A stretch of 64,000 nucleotides of DNA, taken from positions 3,317-67,316 of the forward strand of contig VBAK01000108.1 in the NCBI GenBank assembly GCA_005882275.1. The letters are read 5' to 3'. Below, in pieces: positions 1-10,436 of the stretch (the stretch's first letter is position 1; every line of letters begins with the position of its first letter). This DNA is from Candidatus Segetimicrobium genomatis (GTDB lineage: Bacteria > Sysuimicrobiota > Sysuimicrobiia > Sysuimicrobiales > Segetimicrobiaceae). The translations under genes were made by a program, and so were the position numbers. Below the pieces are notes generated by a model. It made no database searches, was not told where the DNA came from, and worked only from the letters and a program-made list of their open reading frames with translations.

Positions 1-1
1 G

Positions 2-703
2 TTTGCCCTCGCCGACTCGGTGGCCGGGCTCTACGGAGCGATCGCCGCGCTGGCGGCCGTCGAGGAGCGCCGGCGGAGCGGGCGCGGGCAGGAGATCGAC
101 GTCGCCCTGACCGAGGCGACGTTCAGCCTGCTCGACGATCTGCTGCCGGCCTACCACACGCTGGGGATCATCGGACAGCGCCACGGGACGGGTCTTCCCG
201 GGGTCGCCCCCAGCAGCATCTATCCCACGCACGATGGTCAGTACGTGGTCATCGGCGCCAACAACAACAACGTCTTCCGCCGGCTCGCCACCCTGATGGG
301 CCGGACCGACTGGCTGGCCGATCCCGAGTTGAGCGACGATCGGGGCCGGGGGCGGCGGCAGGCCGAACTGGACGCCGCGGTCGCCGCCTGGACCGGGCAG
401 TTCACCCTGGCCGAGATCACCGGCCGCCTGGCGGAGGCCGGCGTTCCGGGGGGGCCCGTGTACGATATCGCCGGCATCTGCCGGGATCCGCAGTTCCAGG
501 CGCGCGAGATGATCGTCGAGATCGACGATCCGGATGTCGGCGCCCTGGCCCTCCCCGGAATCGTGCCGCGGTTCAGCCGGACCCCCGGGACGATCGCCTG
601 GGCAGGCCCGCGGATGGGAGAGCACAACGACGAGGTCTACGGCAGTCTGCTGGGGCTCTCCGGCGCGGAGATCGACGGCCTGCGCGAGCGTGGAGTGATC
701 TGA
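2..703 (+). CDS. Family III CoA-transferase (CaiB/BaiF type), C-terminal part; 5' end lies outside the window
   Basis: Frame is open to the window edge. Translation has the typical C-terminal half of family III CoA-transferases (SSIYPTHDGQYVVIGANNNNVFRRL, PRFSRTPG, GEHNDEVY). Confidence 0.8.
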   Translation, partial: FALADSVAGLYGAIAALAAVEERRRSGRGQEIDVALTEATFSLLDDLLPAYHTLGIIGQRHGTGLPGVAPSSIYPTHDGQYVVIGANNNNVFRRLATLMGRTDWLADPELSDDRGRGRRQAELDAAVAAWTGQFTLAEITGRLAEAGVPGGPVYDIAGICRDPQFQAREMIVEIDDPDVGALALPGIVPRFSRTPGTIAWAGPRMGEHNDEVYGSLLGLSGAEIDGLRERGVI

Positions 704-1612
704 GTGCGCCTTCCCGCGCGGGTCACCATCGAAGAGGTGGGGCTGCGCGACGGCCTTCAGTTGATCGGCTCCGTGGTCCCGGTGGAGGTGAAGCTGCGTC
801 TCCTCCGTGCCCTCTACGGCGCCGGGATCCGGGCGATGGAGGTGACCTCCTTTGTCTCCCCCAAGGCCGTGCCGCAGTTCTCCGACGCGGAGGCGGTCGC
901 CCGGGCGGCGCTGGCGCTCCCCCACCTCGACGTCTCGGCGTTGATTCCGAACCTCCGCGGGTTCGAGCGCGCGCGCGAGGCCGGGGTCCGGCGGTACACC
1001 GTGGTGATCGGCGCGACCGATCGCTTCAACGAGCGCAACGTCCGCATGACCGTGACAGAGTCGCTGGAGCAACTGGACGCCGTCGCCGCGGGCGTCCGGG
1101 CCGCGCCCGGGGCGGATCTCGCGGTCGGGATCGCCGTGGCGTTTGGCTGTCCGTACACCGGCCGCGTGCCGCTCGGGGCCGTCGTCCGGATCGTGGAGCA
1201 TGCTCGGGCCCTGGGCGTCCGCGCGATCAGCCTGGGGGACACCATCGGGGTGGCCACCCCCCTGCAGGTGGCCACCACGATCGCCCGCCTGATGGAGGCG
1301 CACCCGGACCTGTGCCTCGTACTGCACCTCCACGACACCCGGGGGATGGGGCTCGCCAACGTCCTGGCGGGGTGCGAGGCCGGCGTGACCCGCTTCGACA
1401 GCGCGGTGGGCGGTCTCGGCGGCTGCCCGTTTGCGCCGGGGGCGACGGGGAATATCGCGACCGAGGACGTCAATCACATGCTGCAGGCCATGGACATCGA
1501 GACCGGCATCGACCAGCAGGCGCTGCTCGAATGCGGCCGGCTGGTGCGGGACGTGATCACAGCCGAGCTCGCCAGCCACTCGCTGCGCGTCCACCTCGGA
1601 CGCGGCGCCTGA
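704..1612 (+). CDS. HMGL-like lyase (hydroxymethylglutaryl-CoA lyase family)
   Basis: GTG start overlaps the upstream stop (TGAGTG). N-terminus EEVGLRDGLQ and later DTIGVATP, HLHDTRGMGLANVLA, GGLGGCPFAPGATGN are HMGL-family signatures. Confidence 0.85.
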   Translation: MRLPARVTIEEVGLRDGLQLIGSVVPVEVKLRLLRALYGAGIRAMEVTSFVSPKAVPQFSDAEAVARAALALPHLDVSALIPNLRGFERAREAGVRRYTVVIGATDRFNERNVRMTVTESLEQLDAVAAGVRAAPGADLAVGIAVAFGCPYTGRVPLGAVVRIVEHARALGVRAISLGDTIGVATPLQVATTIARLMEAHPDLCLVLHLHDTRGMGLANVLAGCEAGVTRFDSAVGGLGGCPFAPGATGNIATEDVNHMLQAMDIETGIDQQALLECGRLVRDVITAELASHSLRVHLGRGA

Positions 1613-1818
1613 CCCGCCGCCCCGGCGCCCGCGGTGCAGGATTTTCTGGGCCGCGCGCGAAATGGCAGGAGGCACTGACACAACCGGACGCAGCACCGTC
1701 GGAGCATCGCATCCGTGAACACGCCGCAGCAGCGACACCGTGACACCCGGCCGCACCCGCCGCGGCCGTTCCCCGGTCTCTCCTCCTGCGCCCGGCGCTC
1801 GACGCATCGAGGTGTCGA

Positions 1819-2976
1819 CTGAACATCGGTCTGTTTACCGATTCGTACCTGCCGCGCAGCAGCGGCGTGGTCCGGGCCGTGGACATGGCCGCGCGAGGGC
1901 TGCGGTCGCGGGGCCATCGCGTCTACATCTTTGCCCCCTCGTACCCCGGGTACACCGACGCCGCCCAGGACATCTACCGGTTTCCCTCCATCGCGCCGCC
2001 GGGGCACGCGGATTTCCCCCTGGCGGTCCCGTACTCCGCGGCGCATCTGCGGACGCTCCGGGGCCTCCGGCTCGATCTCATCCACAGCCACTCGCCCTTC
2101 CTCCTCGGGGGGCTGGGGGCCTGGGTGGCGCACACGTTTCATCGGCCGCTCGTCTTCACCTACCATACCCTCTACGCCGAGTACGCGCACTACGCGCCCC
2201 TGGTGGGAGAATTGACCCGGCCGTTCATCATCGCCTACACGACCGCCTACTGCAACCGGTGCGACCGGGTGCTGGTGTCCGTCCCCGCCATGACCGGCAT
2301 CCTCCGCGCCTACGGGGTTCGCGCGCGCATCGAGGTCGTCCCCAGCGTGGGGATCGACCCCGCGGAGTTCGCGCACCCCTCCCCCCAGACCGTGCGCGAT
2401 TGGTATCACATCCCCGCGGACGCGTCCCTCCTGCTGTTCGTCGGCCGCCTGGCGCGCGAGAAGGGCGTCGCGCTGCTGCTGGAAGTCGCCGCCGCCCTGC
2501 CGGACGTTTGGCTCCTGCTCGTGGGCGATGGGCCCGAGCGGCAGGACCTGCAGGCGCAGGCGCAGCGCCTCGGCCTCGGGGAGCGGATCATCTTCGCCGG
2601 CGAGTTGGACCACGCCCACGTCGTCGATGCCCTGTATGCCTGCGATCTGTTCGTCTTTCCGTCCCAGACCGAGACCCTCGGGCTCGCGGTGCTCGAGGCG
2701 ATGGCGGCCGGCCGCGTGGTGGTGGCGGTCCAGGGCGGGGCGATGCCGGACATCGTCCGCGACGGCGAGACCGGCCGCGTCGTGCCGCCGGATCCCGAGG
2801 CCCTGCGCCGCGCGATCGCGGACCTGCTGGCCGCGCCGGGACAACGGCAGGCCTGGGGGGCGCGGGCGCAGGCCGCCGCCGCGGCCTACCGGCAGGACCG
2901 GGTCCTCGAGCAGGTGCTCGGCGTGTACGACGCGTTGCTGGAGAGCCGGCATGCCGTGGTCCGTCCGGCGCCATAG
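1819..2976 (+). CDS. GT4-family (GT-B) glycosyltransferase
   Basis: Conserved N-terminus NIGLFTDSYLPRSSGVVRAV lies upstream of the first GTG (1867). The frame is open from the TGA at 1741, with no ATG/GTG/TTG before 1867, so CTG 1819 is proposed as start. C-terminal EGFGLAVLEAMA-like motif present (ETLGLAVLEAMAAG). Confidence 0.8.
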   Translation: MNIGLFTDSYLPRSSGVVRAVDMAARGLRSRGHRVYIFAPSYPGYTDAAQDIYRFPSIAPPGHADFPLAVPYSAAHLRTLRGLRLDLIHSHSPFLLGGLGAWVAHTFHRPLVFTYHTLYAEYAHYAPLVGELTRPFIIAYTTAYCNRCDRVLVSVPAMTGILRAYGVRARIEVVPSVGIDPAEFAHPSPQTVRDWYHIPADASLLLFVGRLAREKGVALLLEVAAALPDVWLLLVGDGPERQDLQAQAQRLGLGERIIFAGELDHAHVVDALYACDLFVFPSQTETLGLAVLEAMAAGRVVVAVQGGAMPDIVRDGETGRVVPPDPEALRRAIADLLAAPGQRQAWGARAQAAAAAYRQDRVLEQVLGVYDALLESRHAVVRPAP

Positions 2977-3078
2977 GATCATGCGGAGGCACCCGCGCCG
3001 CCTGATGCGCGGGCGGTCGCCCGGTCGGGGCGAAGGCCCGGCCCGGGCCCGGGCGGGCGACCCGGGGGAGGAGCCGGC

Positions 3079-6000
3079 GTGCGCCTGAAGCGCCTGGAGC
3101 TGAGCGGGTTCAAGACCTTTGCCGAGCGGACCGCGATCGAGTTCGCCTCCCAGGTCACCGGCGTGGTGGGCCCAAACGGGAGCGGCAAGACCAACATCTT
3201 CGATGCGATCCGCTGGGCGCTCGGTGAGGGAAGCCTGCGGTCGCTGCGGGGCGTGCGCACCGAGGATATCATCTTCGCCGGCACGGAGCGGCGGCGCCCG
3301 CTGGGCCTGGCGGAAGTGACGCTCGTGCTGGACAACGAAGACGGCACGCTCGCCCTTCCAGCGGGGCCCAACGGCGACGCACCGCCGATGCCCCTGGCCT
3401 TCGCGGAGGTCACGGTGACCCGCCGCGCGATGCGCAACGCCGGGAGCGAGTACTTCATCAACGGGCTTCCCTGCCGGCTGCGGGACATCCAGACGATGTT
3501 CCTCGGGACGGGGCTCGGCGGGCATTCCTACGCGCTGGTCGCCCAGGGCGAGGTCGAGCAGATGCTGGACGCCTCGCCGGAGGAGCGGCGGATGATCCTC
3601 GAGGAAGCCGCCGGGCTGGCCAAGTACAAGCGGAGGCGTCACGACGCCGAGCGGCGGATGGCGGCCGCCGAATCGACGGCGCTGCGCGTGACCGACATCC
3701 TGGGAGAGCTCGACGCCCAGACGGCCCAGCTCGCGGCGCAGGCGGAGGCGGCGGAGCGGTACCAGGCGCAGACGCGCGAGCTGCGGACCCTCGAGCTCTC
3801 GCTCCAGGTGGAGGAGGTCCGGCGGTGCGTCCGGGCCCAGCGCCGCGTCCGCGAGCACCTGGAGGAGATCGCCGCGCGCCGCCGCGAGGCCGAAGAGGCG
3901 GTGCGGGCGCTCGCCGAGCAGTGCGCGGCGCTGGACCGGCGGGCCGTCGAGGCGGGCCGCGAGTGGGAAGAGATCCAGCGTTCGCAGATGACGCTGACCG
4001 AGCGCCGCGCCCACGCCGCCGCCGAGGTGGACCTGGCCGCCGAGCGCCTCCGCGGGGTGGAGGGGCAGCGCCAGCGGCTCGACCGGGAACTCGCCCGCGC
4101 CCGCGCGGAGGGCGATGCCCTCGAGCGCGAGCGCGCCGCCCTCGCGGACACCATGGGAGACCTTGCCGCCGGGGTGGACGGGGGGCGGGCAGAGCTCGAG
4201 GCCGCCGAAGCGAAGGTGCTTGAGCTGGACGCGGCGGCCGCCCACGGAGAGGAGCAGCTGGACGCCGGCCGCGCGGCCGCGCGCGCCATTGCGGAGCAGC
4301 GCGCGCACGCCGCCAACGAGGCGGCCGCCGTGGAAGCCCGCGAAGCGGCGCACCGGGATCGGGCGGCCGGACTGGGCGAACGGGTCCACTACTTGACGGA
4401 GCGGTTGAGCGCGGTGCGCGCCGACCTCGCGGCCCGCGCGGGCGAATCCGAGAAGGGGGAGGCGGACCTGGAAGAGGCGCGCCGCCGCCTCGCGGCGCTC
4501 CGCGCCGATCTCCAGGCCCACTCGGCCGTCCGTGAGGCGCTGCTGGCCGAAGAGCGGCAGCTCGAGATCGAACGGGAGGGGCTCGCTTCCCGCCTCCGCT
4601 ATCTCGAGGAGGCCCGGGCGCAGTTCCGAGGCTATGACGGCGGCGCGCGGGAGATCCTGCTGGCGTGGCGGAGCAACCCTGCTCGGGTTCCCGGTCTGGC
4701 GGGAACGGTGGCGGAGTTCCTCAGCGTGCCCCGGGAACTGCGGCGGGCGTGCGAGGCCGCGTTGGGTGCCGGGCTCTCCGCGCTCGTGGTGGCCACGGTC
4801 GAGGACGCGCGGGCGGCCCTCGCGCTGCTCGGCGGGGAGGAGCGCGGGGGGGTGATGTTCGTCCCGGCGGCGGAGGTCTTGTCCGACGCGCCGCCGGCCG
4901 CGCCGCCGCCGGCGGCCGCGGATCCCGCGATGCTGGGGCGCGCCGTCGATCTGGTCCAGGTGGTGGGTCCGCATGCCGCCGCGATCGGCGCGCTCCTCTC
5001 TGATGTCTTCATCGTCGCGGACCTGGACGCCGCGCTGAGGCTGCGCGCGGGCGGATACCGCGGGCGTGTGGCGACGCTCGCCGGCGAGGTCCTCACGCCC
5101 CAGGGGGTGCTGATCGCCGGCCGCGACGGCGGGGATCGCGGGAGCATCCTCGGGAGGTCGGAAGAGGTGGCCGAGGTCCGCAGCGCATTGGATCGTGCGG
5201 AGGCGTCGGCCGGCGGGCTCGGGCAGCGCCGCGAGGAGAGCGACCGCCGCATTCGCGAGGCCGAGGGTGCCGCCGCGGCGGCCGCGGCGGACGCCGACCG
5301 GCAGGCCGAGGCGCTGGCAGAGGCCCGCCGGCGCCTCACCATCGTCGAGGCGGAGGCGGCGCGGCTGGAGGACGAGATCGCCCAGGTGCGCGCCGATGCG
5401 GCCGCCGCCGACCACGAAGCCGCCGCCCTGGCCGCCGTCCGCGAACGCCTGCGCCGGGACGCGGAGAGCCTGGAGACCCGTCTTGCCGAGGTGGAGCGGC
5501 AGGGGGCGGCCATGGCCGCCGAGGTGCGCGGCCAGGCCGGCGCCCGGCGCGACGCCGCAGCCCGGGTGACCGAGCTCCGGATCGCGCTGACACAGCTGGG
5601 TGGCCGGGTCGATGCGGCGAAGGCCAGGATCGCGGAGGTCGAGCGCGGGCTCGTCCAGGTTGCCGGCCGGTGCGACGAACTCGCGGGCGAAGGCCGTGAT
5701 CTCGCCGCCGAGGCGGTCCGCCTCGATGCCGAGCGGACGGCCGCGCGGGCGCGCTGCGAGGCGCTCGACGCGGAGAGTGCCCTCCTTGCGGCGTCCCAGG
5801 CCGCGCTGGACGATGAGCGGGCCACCCTGGCCGCCCGCCGGACCGAAGCGGAAGCGGGGCACCGGGACGGCCTTGGCCGCGCCGCCGCGCTCGCCGACGA
5901 GGCGCACAAGGCGGAGGTCAAGCAGGCCCAGGTCGAGGCGGAGCTGGGCGGCGCGCGGCGGCGCCTGGAAGAGGAGTTCGGACTCCCCTTTGAACGGGCG

Positions 6001-6708
6001 GCCGGCGCCGTCCCCGACGGCGTCAACCGCGACGAGGCGCTGGGGCGGATCGAAGCGTTGCGCGGTCTGATCGCGGCGATGGGCCCGGTGAACCTCCTGG
6101 CGATCGAGGAACACCGGCAGGTCGCCGAGCGGGCCGAGACGCTCCGGACGCAGCTGGAGGATGTGCAGGGCACGATCGCCGCGCTGCGGACCCTCATCGC
6201 GCAGCTCGAGGACGTGATCCGCATTCAGTTCGACCAGACCTTCAGGGCGGTCCACGACGAGTTTGCCGCCCTGTTCGTCCGCCTCTTTTCCGGCGGCCGC
6301 GCGGGGCTCGAGCTCGTCCCCGGGGTCGACGGCGCCGAGCCGGGCATCGATATCATCGCCCGGCCGCCCGGGAAGAAGCTGCGCAGTCTCGGCGCCCTCT
6401 CCGGGGGGGAGCGCGTCATGGTGGCGCTGGCGCTCGTCTTCGCGATGCTCAAGGTCCGTCCGAGCCCCTTCTGCGTCTTCGACGAGATCGAAGCCGCTCT
6501 CGACGAGGCGAACACGCGCAAGGTGAGCGAGGTGCTGCGGGAGCTGGCCGTCCAATCGCAGATCATCGTCATCACCCACAACAAGGCGACGATGGAGGCC
6601 AGCGACGTGCTCTACGGGGTCACCATGGAGGAGCCGGGCGTCTCGCACATGATCTCCGTGCGCCTGGTGGCTCCGGACGAGCGGGGCGAGCCTCAGGCGG
6701 TTGGGTAG
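3079..6708 (+). CDS. smc: Chromosome segregation protein SMC
   Basis: 1209 aa. Walker [14 protein letters not shown], long Ala/Glu/Arg-rich coiled coils with a central hinge, signature [13 protein letters not shown], Walker [20 protein letters not shown] Shine-Dalgarno (SD) before the GTG start. Confidence 0.95.
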   Translation: MRLKRLELSGFKTFAERTAIEFASQVTGVVGPNGSGKTNIFDAIRWALGEGSLRSLRGVRTEDIIFAGTERRRPLGLAEVTLVLDNEDGTLALPAGPNGDAPPMPLAFAEVTVTRRAMRNAGSEYFINGLPCRLRDIQTMFLGTGLGGHSYALVAQGEVEQMLDASPEERRMILEEAAGLAKYKRRRHDAERRMAAAESTALRVTDILGELDAQTAQLAAQAEAAERYQAQTRELRTLELSLQVEEVRRCVRAQRRVREHLEEIAARRREAEEAVRALAEQCAALDRRAVEAGREWEEIQRSQMTLTERRAHAAAEVDLAAERLRGVEGQRQRLDRELARARAEGDALERERAALADTMGDLAAGVDGGRAELEAAEAKVLELDAAAAHGEEQLDAGRAAARAIAEQRAHAANEAAAVEAREAAHRDRAAGLGERVHYLTERLSAVRADLAARAGESEKGEADLEEARRRLAALRADLQAHSAVREALLAEERQLEIEREGLASRLRYLEEARAQFRGYDGGAREILLAWRSNPARVPGLAGTVAEFLSVPRELRRACEAALGAGLSALVVATVEDARAALALLGGEERGGVMFVPAAEVLSDAPPAAPPPAAADPAMLGRAVDLVQVVGPHAAAIGALLSDVFIVADLDAALRLRAGGYRGRVATLAGEVLTPQGVLIAGRDGGDRGSILGRSEEVAEVRSALDRAEASAGGLGQRREESDRRIREAEGAAAAAAADADRQAEALAEARRRLTIVEAEAARLEDEIAQVRADAAAADHEAAALAAVRERLRRDAESLETRLAEVERQGAAMAAEVRGQAGARRDAAARVTELRIALTQLGGRVDAAKARIAEVERGLVQVAGRCDELAGEGRDLAAEAVRLDAERTAARARCEALDAESALLAASQAALDDERATLAARRTEAEAGHRDGLGRAAALADEAHKAEVKQAQVEAELGGARRRLEEEFGLPFERAAGAVPDGVNRDEALGRIEALRGLIAAMGPVNLLAIEEHRQVAERAETLRTQLEDVQGTIAALRTLIAQLEDVIRIQFDQTFRAVHDEFAALFVRLFSGGRAGLELVPGVDGAEPGIDIIARPPGKKLRSLGALSGGERVMVALALVFAMLKVRPSPFCVFDEIEAALDEANTRKVSEVLRELAVQSQIIVITHNKATMEASDVLYGVTMEEPGVSHMISVRLVAPDERGEPQAVG

Positions 6709-7723
6709 TCCGGGAGACCCGGCAGACGGCAGCCCGGCAGGGCCGGCAGGCGGCAGCCCGGCAGGGCCGGCAGGCGGCAGCCCGGCAGGGCCGGCAGGCG
6801 GCAGCCTCCCGGGGTGGCTCGGGCGCCTCCGCGCCGGGCTGGCCAGAACCCGCCAGTCGCTCACCGCCCGGGTCGATGATCTGCTCGGCCGGGGCGTCGA
6901 CGAACGCTTCTACGAGGAACTGGAAGAGACGCTCGTCCAGGCCGACCTCGGCGTCCGCACCGCCACCACCGTCATCGCCCGCCTTCGGGCGCGGGTCCGC
7001 AGCGGTGCCGTCAGCCCGGACGCCCTCCGGCTGGAGCTGAGAGCGATCGTGACCGCGGCGTTGGGCGAGCCGGCGGCCCTCGTCCTCACGCCCCCTCCGG
7101 CGGCGGTGATCCTCCTCGGCACCAACGGCAGCGGGAAGACGACCACGGCCGGCAAGCTGGCGGCGCGCCTGCGGGGAGAAGGGAGGAAGGTGCTGGTCGC
7201 GGCCGCGGACACGTTCCGCGCGGCGGCCATCGACCAGCTGGGGATCTGGGCCGCGCGCGCCGGCGTGGAGGTGATCCAGCACCAGGCCGGGGCGGACCCT
7301 GCCGCGGTCGTCTACGATGCGGCCCAGGCCGTGCGGGCCCGGCACATCGACGTGCTGATCGTGGACACCGCGGGCCGGCTGCACACGAAAACGAATCTCA
7401 TGGCGGAACTCACGAAGCTCGACCGCGTCCTGCGCCGCGAACTGCCCGCCGCTCCCGTGGAGGTCCTCCTCGTGCTCGATGCCAATACCGGGCAGAACGG
7501 CATCGCGCAGGCCCGGCAGTTCAAGGCCGCGCTTCCGGTCACCGGGATCGTCCTCACCAAACTTGACGGCACCGCGCGCGGGGGCGTGGTGGTGGCGATC
7601 GCCGAGGATCTCGGGCTGCCGGTGAAGCTGATCGGATTCGGCGAAGGCCCGGACGACCTCCAACCCTTTGACCCCCGGGCGTTTGCCGAGGCGCTGTTCG
7701 TCCCCGACGCGCGCCCGGCGTGA
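6701..7723 (+). CDS. ftsY: Signal recognition particle receptor FtsY
   Basis: NG domain motifs [32 protein letters not shown]. The only canonical in-frame start is TTG 6701, which overlaps the smc stop by 8 nt. The N-terminus is a Gly/Pro/Ala repeat. Confidence 0.92.
   Translation: MGSPGDPADGSPAGPAGGSPAGPAGGSPAGPAGGSLPGWLGRLRAGLARTRQSLTARVDDLLGRGVDERFYEELEETLVQADLGVRTATTVIARLRARVRSGAVSPDALRLELRAIVTAALGEPAALVLTPPPAAVILLGTNGSGKTTTAGKLAARLRGEGRKVLVAAADTFRAAAIDQLGIWAARAGVEVIQHQAGADPAAVVYDAAQAVRARHIDVLIVDTAGRLHTKTNLMAELTKLDRVLRRELPAAPVEVLLVLDANTGQNGIAQARQFKAALPVTGIVLTKLDGTARGGVVVAIAEDLGLPVKLIGFGEGPDDLQPFDPRAFAEALFVPDARPA
6716..6806 (+). repeat. 24-bp tandem repeat (about 3.3 copies of cggcagcccggcagggccggcagg) encoding (GSPAGPAG)n at the FtsY N-terminus
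   Basis: Direct reading: identical units at 6727-6750, 6751-6774 and 6775-6798, with partial copies on both sides. Confidence 0.9.
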
Positions 7724-7749
7724 CCGCCGCCCCGCCCCTGTGATAGTAT
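7720..7749 (+). promoter_or_regulatory. Candidate sigma-70 promoter for ylxM-ffh (GTGACC-18-TGaTAGTAT, extended -10)
   Basis: AT-rich island in a 70% GC background, directly after the ftsY stop. -10 TAGTAT at 7744-7749 is preceded by TG at 7741-7742. Confidence 0.4.
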
Positions 7750-7759
7750 GTTAAGGGTA

Positions 7760-8164
7760 ATGCCTTTACAGCGTACCTTCAGCAGCCGGCTGCCGCGGGC
7801 CCTCGATGGGCGGATGGCGGTCGTGCGCCTCTTCGACGCCTACGCCGCGCTCCTCACCGAACGCCAGCGCGTGATGGTGCGCATGTACTACCACGACGAC
7901 CTGTCGCTGGGCGAGATCGCCTCCCGGTTCAACGTCACCCGGCAGGCGGTGTTCGACAGCCTGCGGCGATCGGTGAACGAGTTGGGGTCGCTCGAGGAGC
8001 GCCTCGGCCTGCTGGCCGCGCGCGACCGGCAGACGCGGGTGCGCGAGACGCTGGCGGCGCGGCTCGCAGAGGTGGAGGAGCGCCTCGCCCGCCTCGCCGA
8101 CCCGGACGGCGCGGATCTGGGGGGATTGCGGAGCGCCCTGCGCGCGCTGCGCGACGCGCTGTGA
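7760..8164 (+). CDS. ylxM: YlxM/UPF0122 family putative DNA-binding protein (sigma-70 region-4-like HTH)
   Basis: LFDAYAALLTERQRVMVRMYYHDDLSLGEIASRFNVTRQAVFDSLRR matches the YlxM pattern, and the gene sits directly upstream of ffh. Start is uncertain: ATG 7748 lies inside the putative -10, so ATG 7760 or ATG 7814 is possible. Confidence 0.75.
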   Translation: MPLQRTFSSRLPRALDGRMAVVRLFDAYAALLTERQRVMVRMYYHDDLSLGEIASRFNVTRQAVFDSLRRSVNELGSLEERLGLLAARDRQTRVRETLAARLAEVEERLARLADPDGADLGGLRSALRALRDAL

Positions 8165-8772
8165 CCGCGACGGCATCGCAGTACTTCACGCCCGCCCCGC
8201 CGTCGGCGCCGCGGCTCCGCACCATCGAGTTCCGCGACGGCGATCGGGTGTTCAGGTTCCGGACGGCGGCCGGCGTGTTCGCCCGCGCGGCGGTTGATCC
8301 CGGGAGCCGCCTGCTGCTCGAGGCGGTGGCCCGGCGCGACCGCGGCGGGCGCGTCCTCGATCTGGGGTGCGGGTACGGGGTGCTCGGGATTGTGGCTGCG
8401 GTGCGCGCCCCCGGCGCCCGCGTGATGCTCGTGGACGTCAATCCGCGCGCGGCCGCGCTGGCCGCGGAGAATGTCCGGCTCAACGAGGTGACCAACGCCG
8501 AGGTGCGGTGCGGGGATGGCTGCGCGCCCGTGGCCGACCGGCGGTTCGACCTGGTCCTGTTCAATCCTCCGATCCGGGCGGGCCGACGCGTGGTGGTCAG
8601 GCTGATGCACGAGGCGCACGCCTGCCTTGCGCCCGGCGGGCGGCTCTACATGGTCGTCCGGACCAGGCAGGGGGCGCGGACGCTCGCCCGGCTCCTGGGC
8701 GACATCTTCGCGCGGGTGACCGAGGTCGAGCGGGGGGGCGGATTCCGGGTGTACGAGGCGCGCGATGTTTGA
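8161..8772 (+). CDS. Class I SAM-dependent methyltransferase, RsmC/RlmG-like (MTS domain)
   Basis: GTGA overlap with the ylxM stop. Motif I VLDLGCGYGVLG, motif IV FNPPIR (NPPxH/R type) and a GVF..A..D.GS..LL N-terminal segment typical of small rRNA (guanine-N2) methyltransferases. Confidence 0.8.
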   Translation: MTATASQYFTPAPPSAPRLRTIEFRDGDRVFRFRTAAGVFARAAVDPGSRLLLEAVARRDRGGRVLDLGCGYGVLGIVAAVRAPGARVMLVDVNPRAAALAAENVRLNEVTNAEVRCGDGCAPVADRRFDLVLFNPPIRAGRRVVVRLMHEAHACLAPGGRLYMVVRTRQGARTLARLLGDIFARVTEVERGGGFRVYEARDV

Positions 8773-10093
8773 GCAGCTCCAGAGCCGGCTCGGCGAGATC
8801 TTCACACGCCTGCGGGGCCGGGGGACGCTCTCGCCCGACGATGTCGACGCGGCGCTGCGCGAGGTCCGGCTCGCCCTCCTCGAGGCCGACGTCAACTTCA
8901 AGGTGGCGCGCGACTTCGCGGCCCGCGTGCGCGAGGCCGCGGTCGGGCAGGAGATCTGGAAGAGCCTCACGCCCGGCCAGCAGGTCGTGCAGATCGTGTT
9001 CGCCGAACTGACCCGGGTCCTCGGCGCGACGCACCGTCCCCTGCAACTGGCCCCGACGCCGCCGACCGTGATCCTGCTGGTGGGGCTGCACGGCACCGGG
9101 AAGACGACGACGGCCGGAAAACTGGCGCTCCACCTCAAGAAGCAAGGCCGGACCCCGCTCCTGGCCGCCGCCGATGTCTACCGGCCGGCCGCGGTGGCCC
9201 AGCTCCAGGTCGTCGGACAGACCGCCGGTGTCCCGGTCTTCGCGCTCGAGGGCGCGGCCGATCCCGTGGAGGTGGCGCGCGCGGCGCTGGACCAGGCGCG
9301 CCGGACCGCCGACGTGCTGATCATCGACAGCGCCGGACGGCTGCACATCGACGACGGGCTGCTCGCCGAGCTGGCGAGGATCCGGGAAGCGACCGCGCCG
9401 CACAACACCCTGCTCGTCCTCGACGCCATGGCCGGGCAGGACGCGGTGCGGATGGCCGAGGGCTTCCGCGGCGCGGTCCCCATCGACGGGCTCATCCTGA
9501 CGAAACTCGACGGGGATGCCCGCGGCGGTGCCGCGCTGTCGGTCGTCGCCGCGCTCGACCGGCCGGTCCTCTTCGTCGGCACGGGCGAGCGGCTGGACGC
9601 GCTGGAGCCGTTTCACCCGGATCGGATCGCCTCGCGCATCCTGGGGATGGGGGACGTGCTCACCCTTGTCGAGCGGGCGCAGGAGCAGGTCTCGGCGGAG
9701 CAGGCGAGCGAGATGGAACGCCGGCTCAGGCGCGCCGAGATCACGCTCGAGGACTTCACCAGGCAGCTCCGGCAGATTCGGGCGATGGGTCCCCTGGACC
9801 AGGTGCTGGGGATGATCCCGGGCCTCGGCCCGCGCATGCGCGGAATGTCCGTCGACGAACGGGCCCTCGGACGCATCGAGGCGATGGTCAGCTCCATGAC
9901 CCCGGACGAGCGGCGGCGGCCCCAGGTCATCGATGGGAGCCGCCGGCGGCGGATTGCCCGGGGGAGCGGGACGTCGGTCCCCGAGGTGAACCGGTTCCTC
10001 CGCCAGTTCGAGGATGTCAAAAAGATGCTGCGGCAGATGGAGTCGCAGGGCCGCCGCAGAGGGAAGTTTCCCATGGCGTTTCCCCCCCGATGA
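8765..10093 (+). CDS. ffh: Signal recognition particle protein Ffh
   Basis: MFEQLQSRL...; [36 protein letters not shown]; Met-rich M domain (GMIPGLGPRMRGM). Confidence 0.95.
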   Translation: MFEQLQSRLGEIFTRLRGRGTLSPDDVDAALREVRLALLEADVNFKVARDFAARVREAAVGQEIWKSLTPGQQVVQIVFAELTRVLGATHRPLQLAPTPPTVILLVGLHGTGKTTTAGKLALHLKKQGRTPLLAAADVYRPAAVAQLQVVGQTAGVPVFALEGAADPVEVARAALDQARRTADVLIIDSAGRLHIDDGLLAELARIREATAPHNTLLVLDAMAGQDAVRMAEGFRGAVPIDGLILTKLDGDARGGAALSVVAALDRPVLFVGTGERLDALEPFHPDRIASRILGMGDVLTLVERAQEQVSAEQASEMERRLRRAEITLEDFTRQLRQIRAMGPLDQVLGMIPGLGPRMRGMSVDERALGRIEAMVSSMTPDERRRPQVIDGSRRRRIARGSGTSVPEVNRFLRQFEDVKKMLRQMESQGRRRGKFPMAFPPR

Positions 10094-10157
10094 GGCGAAC
10101 GGGCGGGTCGCCGGGGAAGGGGATCAGGCATCATACGCGTCAGAGGAGGGAGTGCGG

Positions 10158-10436
10158 ATGAGCGTCAAGATCCGGTTGATGCGTCGGGGCGCCAAGGGCC
10201 AGCCGTTTTACCGGCTGGTCATCGCGGACGTCCGGAGCCCCCGCAGCGGGAAATATATCGAAGCGGTGGGGTTCTACAATCCTCGGACCGAGCCTTCCAC
10301 GATGAAGGTGGACGAGGAAAAGGTCATTGCCTGGCTCCGCAAGGGCGCGCGGCCGTCCAATGCGGCGAGGGTGATTCTGCAAAAGACCGGGGTGCTCCAG
10401 CGGTGGGAGGAGACCCGGGCCAGGGTGGCGCGGTGA
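10158..10436 (+). CDS. rpsP: 30S ribosomal protein S16
   Basis: MSVKIRLMRRGAKGQPFYRLVIADVRSPRSGKYIE; GGAGGGAG SD 7 nt upstream of ATG 10158. Confidence 0.95.
   Translation: MSVKIRLMRRGAKGQPFYRLVIADVRSPRSGKYIEAVGFYNPRTEPSTMKVDEEKVIAWLRKGARPSNAARVILQKTGVLQRWEETRARVAR

Noticed and set aside
1740-3005. 421-aa + strand ORF overlapping the glycosyltransferase in another frame
   Set aside because: R/P/G/A-rich low-complexity translation. The alternative frame carries clear GT4 motifs.
6716-6806. The FtsY 24-bp repeat as a regulatory or non-coding element
   Set aside because: It lies entirely inside the only possible ftsY reading frame and the unit is a multiple of 3. It is adequately explained as a coding low-complexity linker, and is kept only as a possible VNTR.
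1474-6864. 1796-aa ORF on the minus strand spanning the HMGL end, the glycosyltransferase and all of smc
   Set aside because: It runs antisense to genes with unambiguous motifs (SMC Walker A/B, GT4). The composition is Arg/Gly/Pro/Ala-dominated, as expected for out-of-phase reading of 70% GC DNA where stop codons are rare. No recognisable domain.
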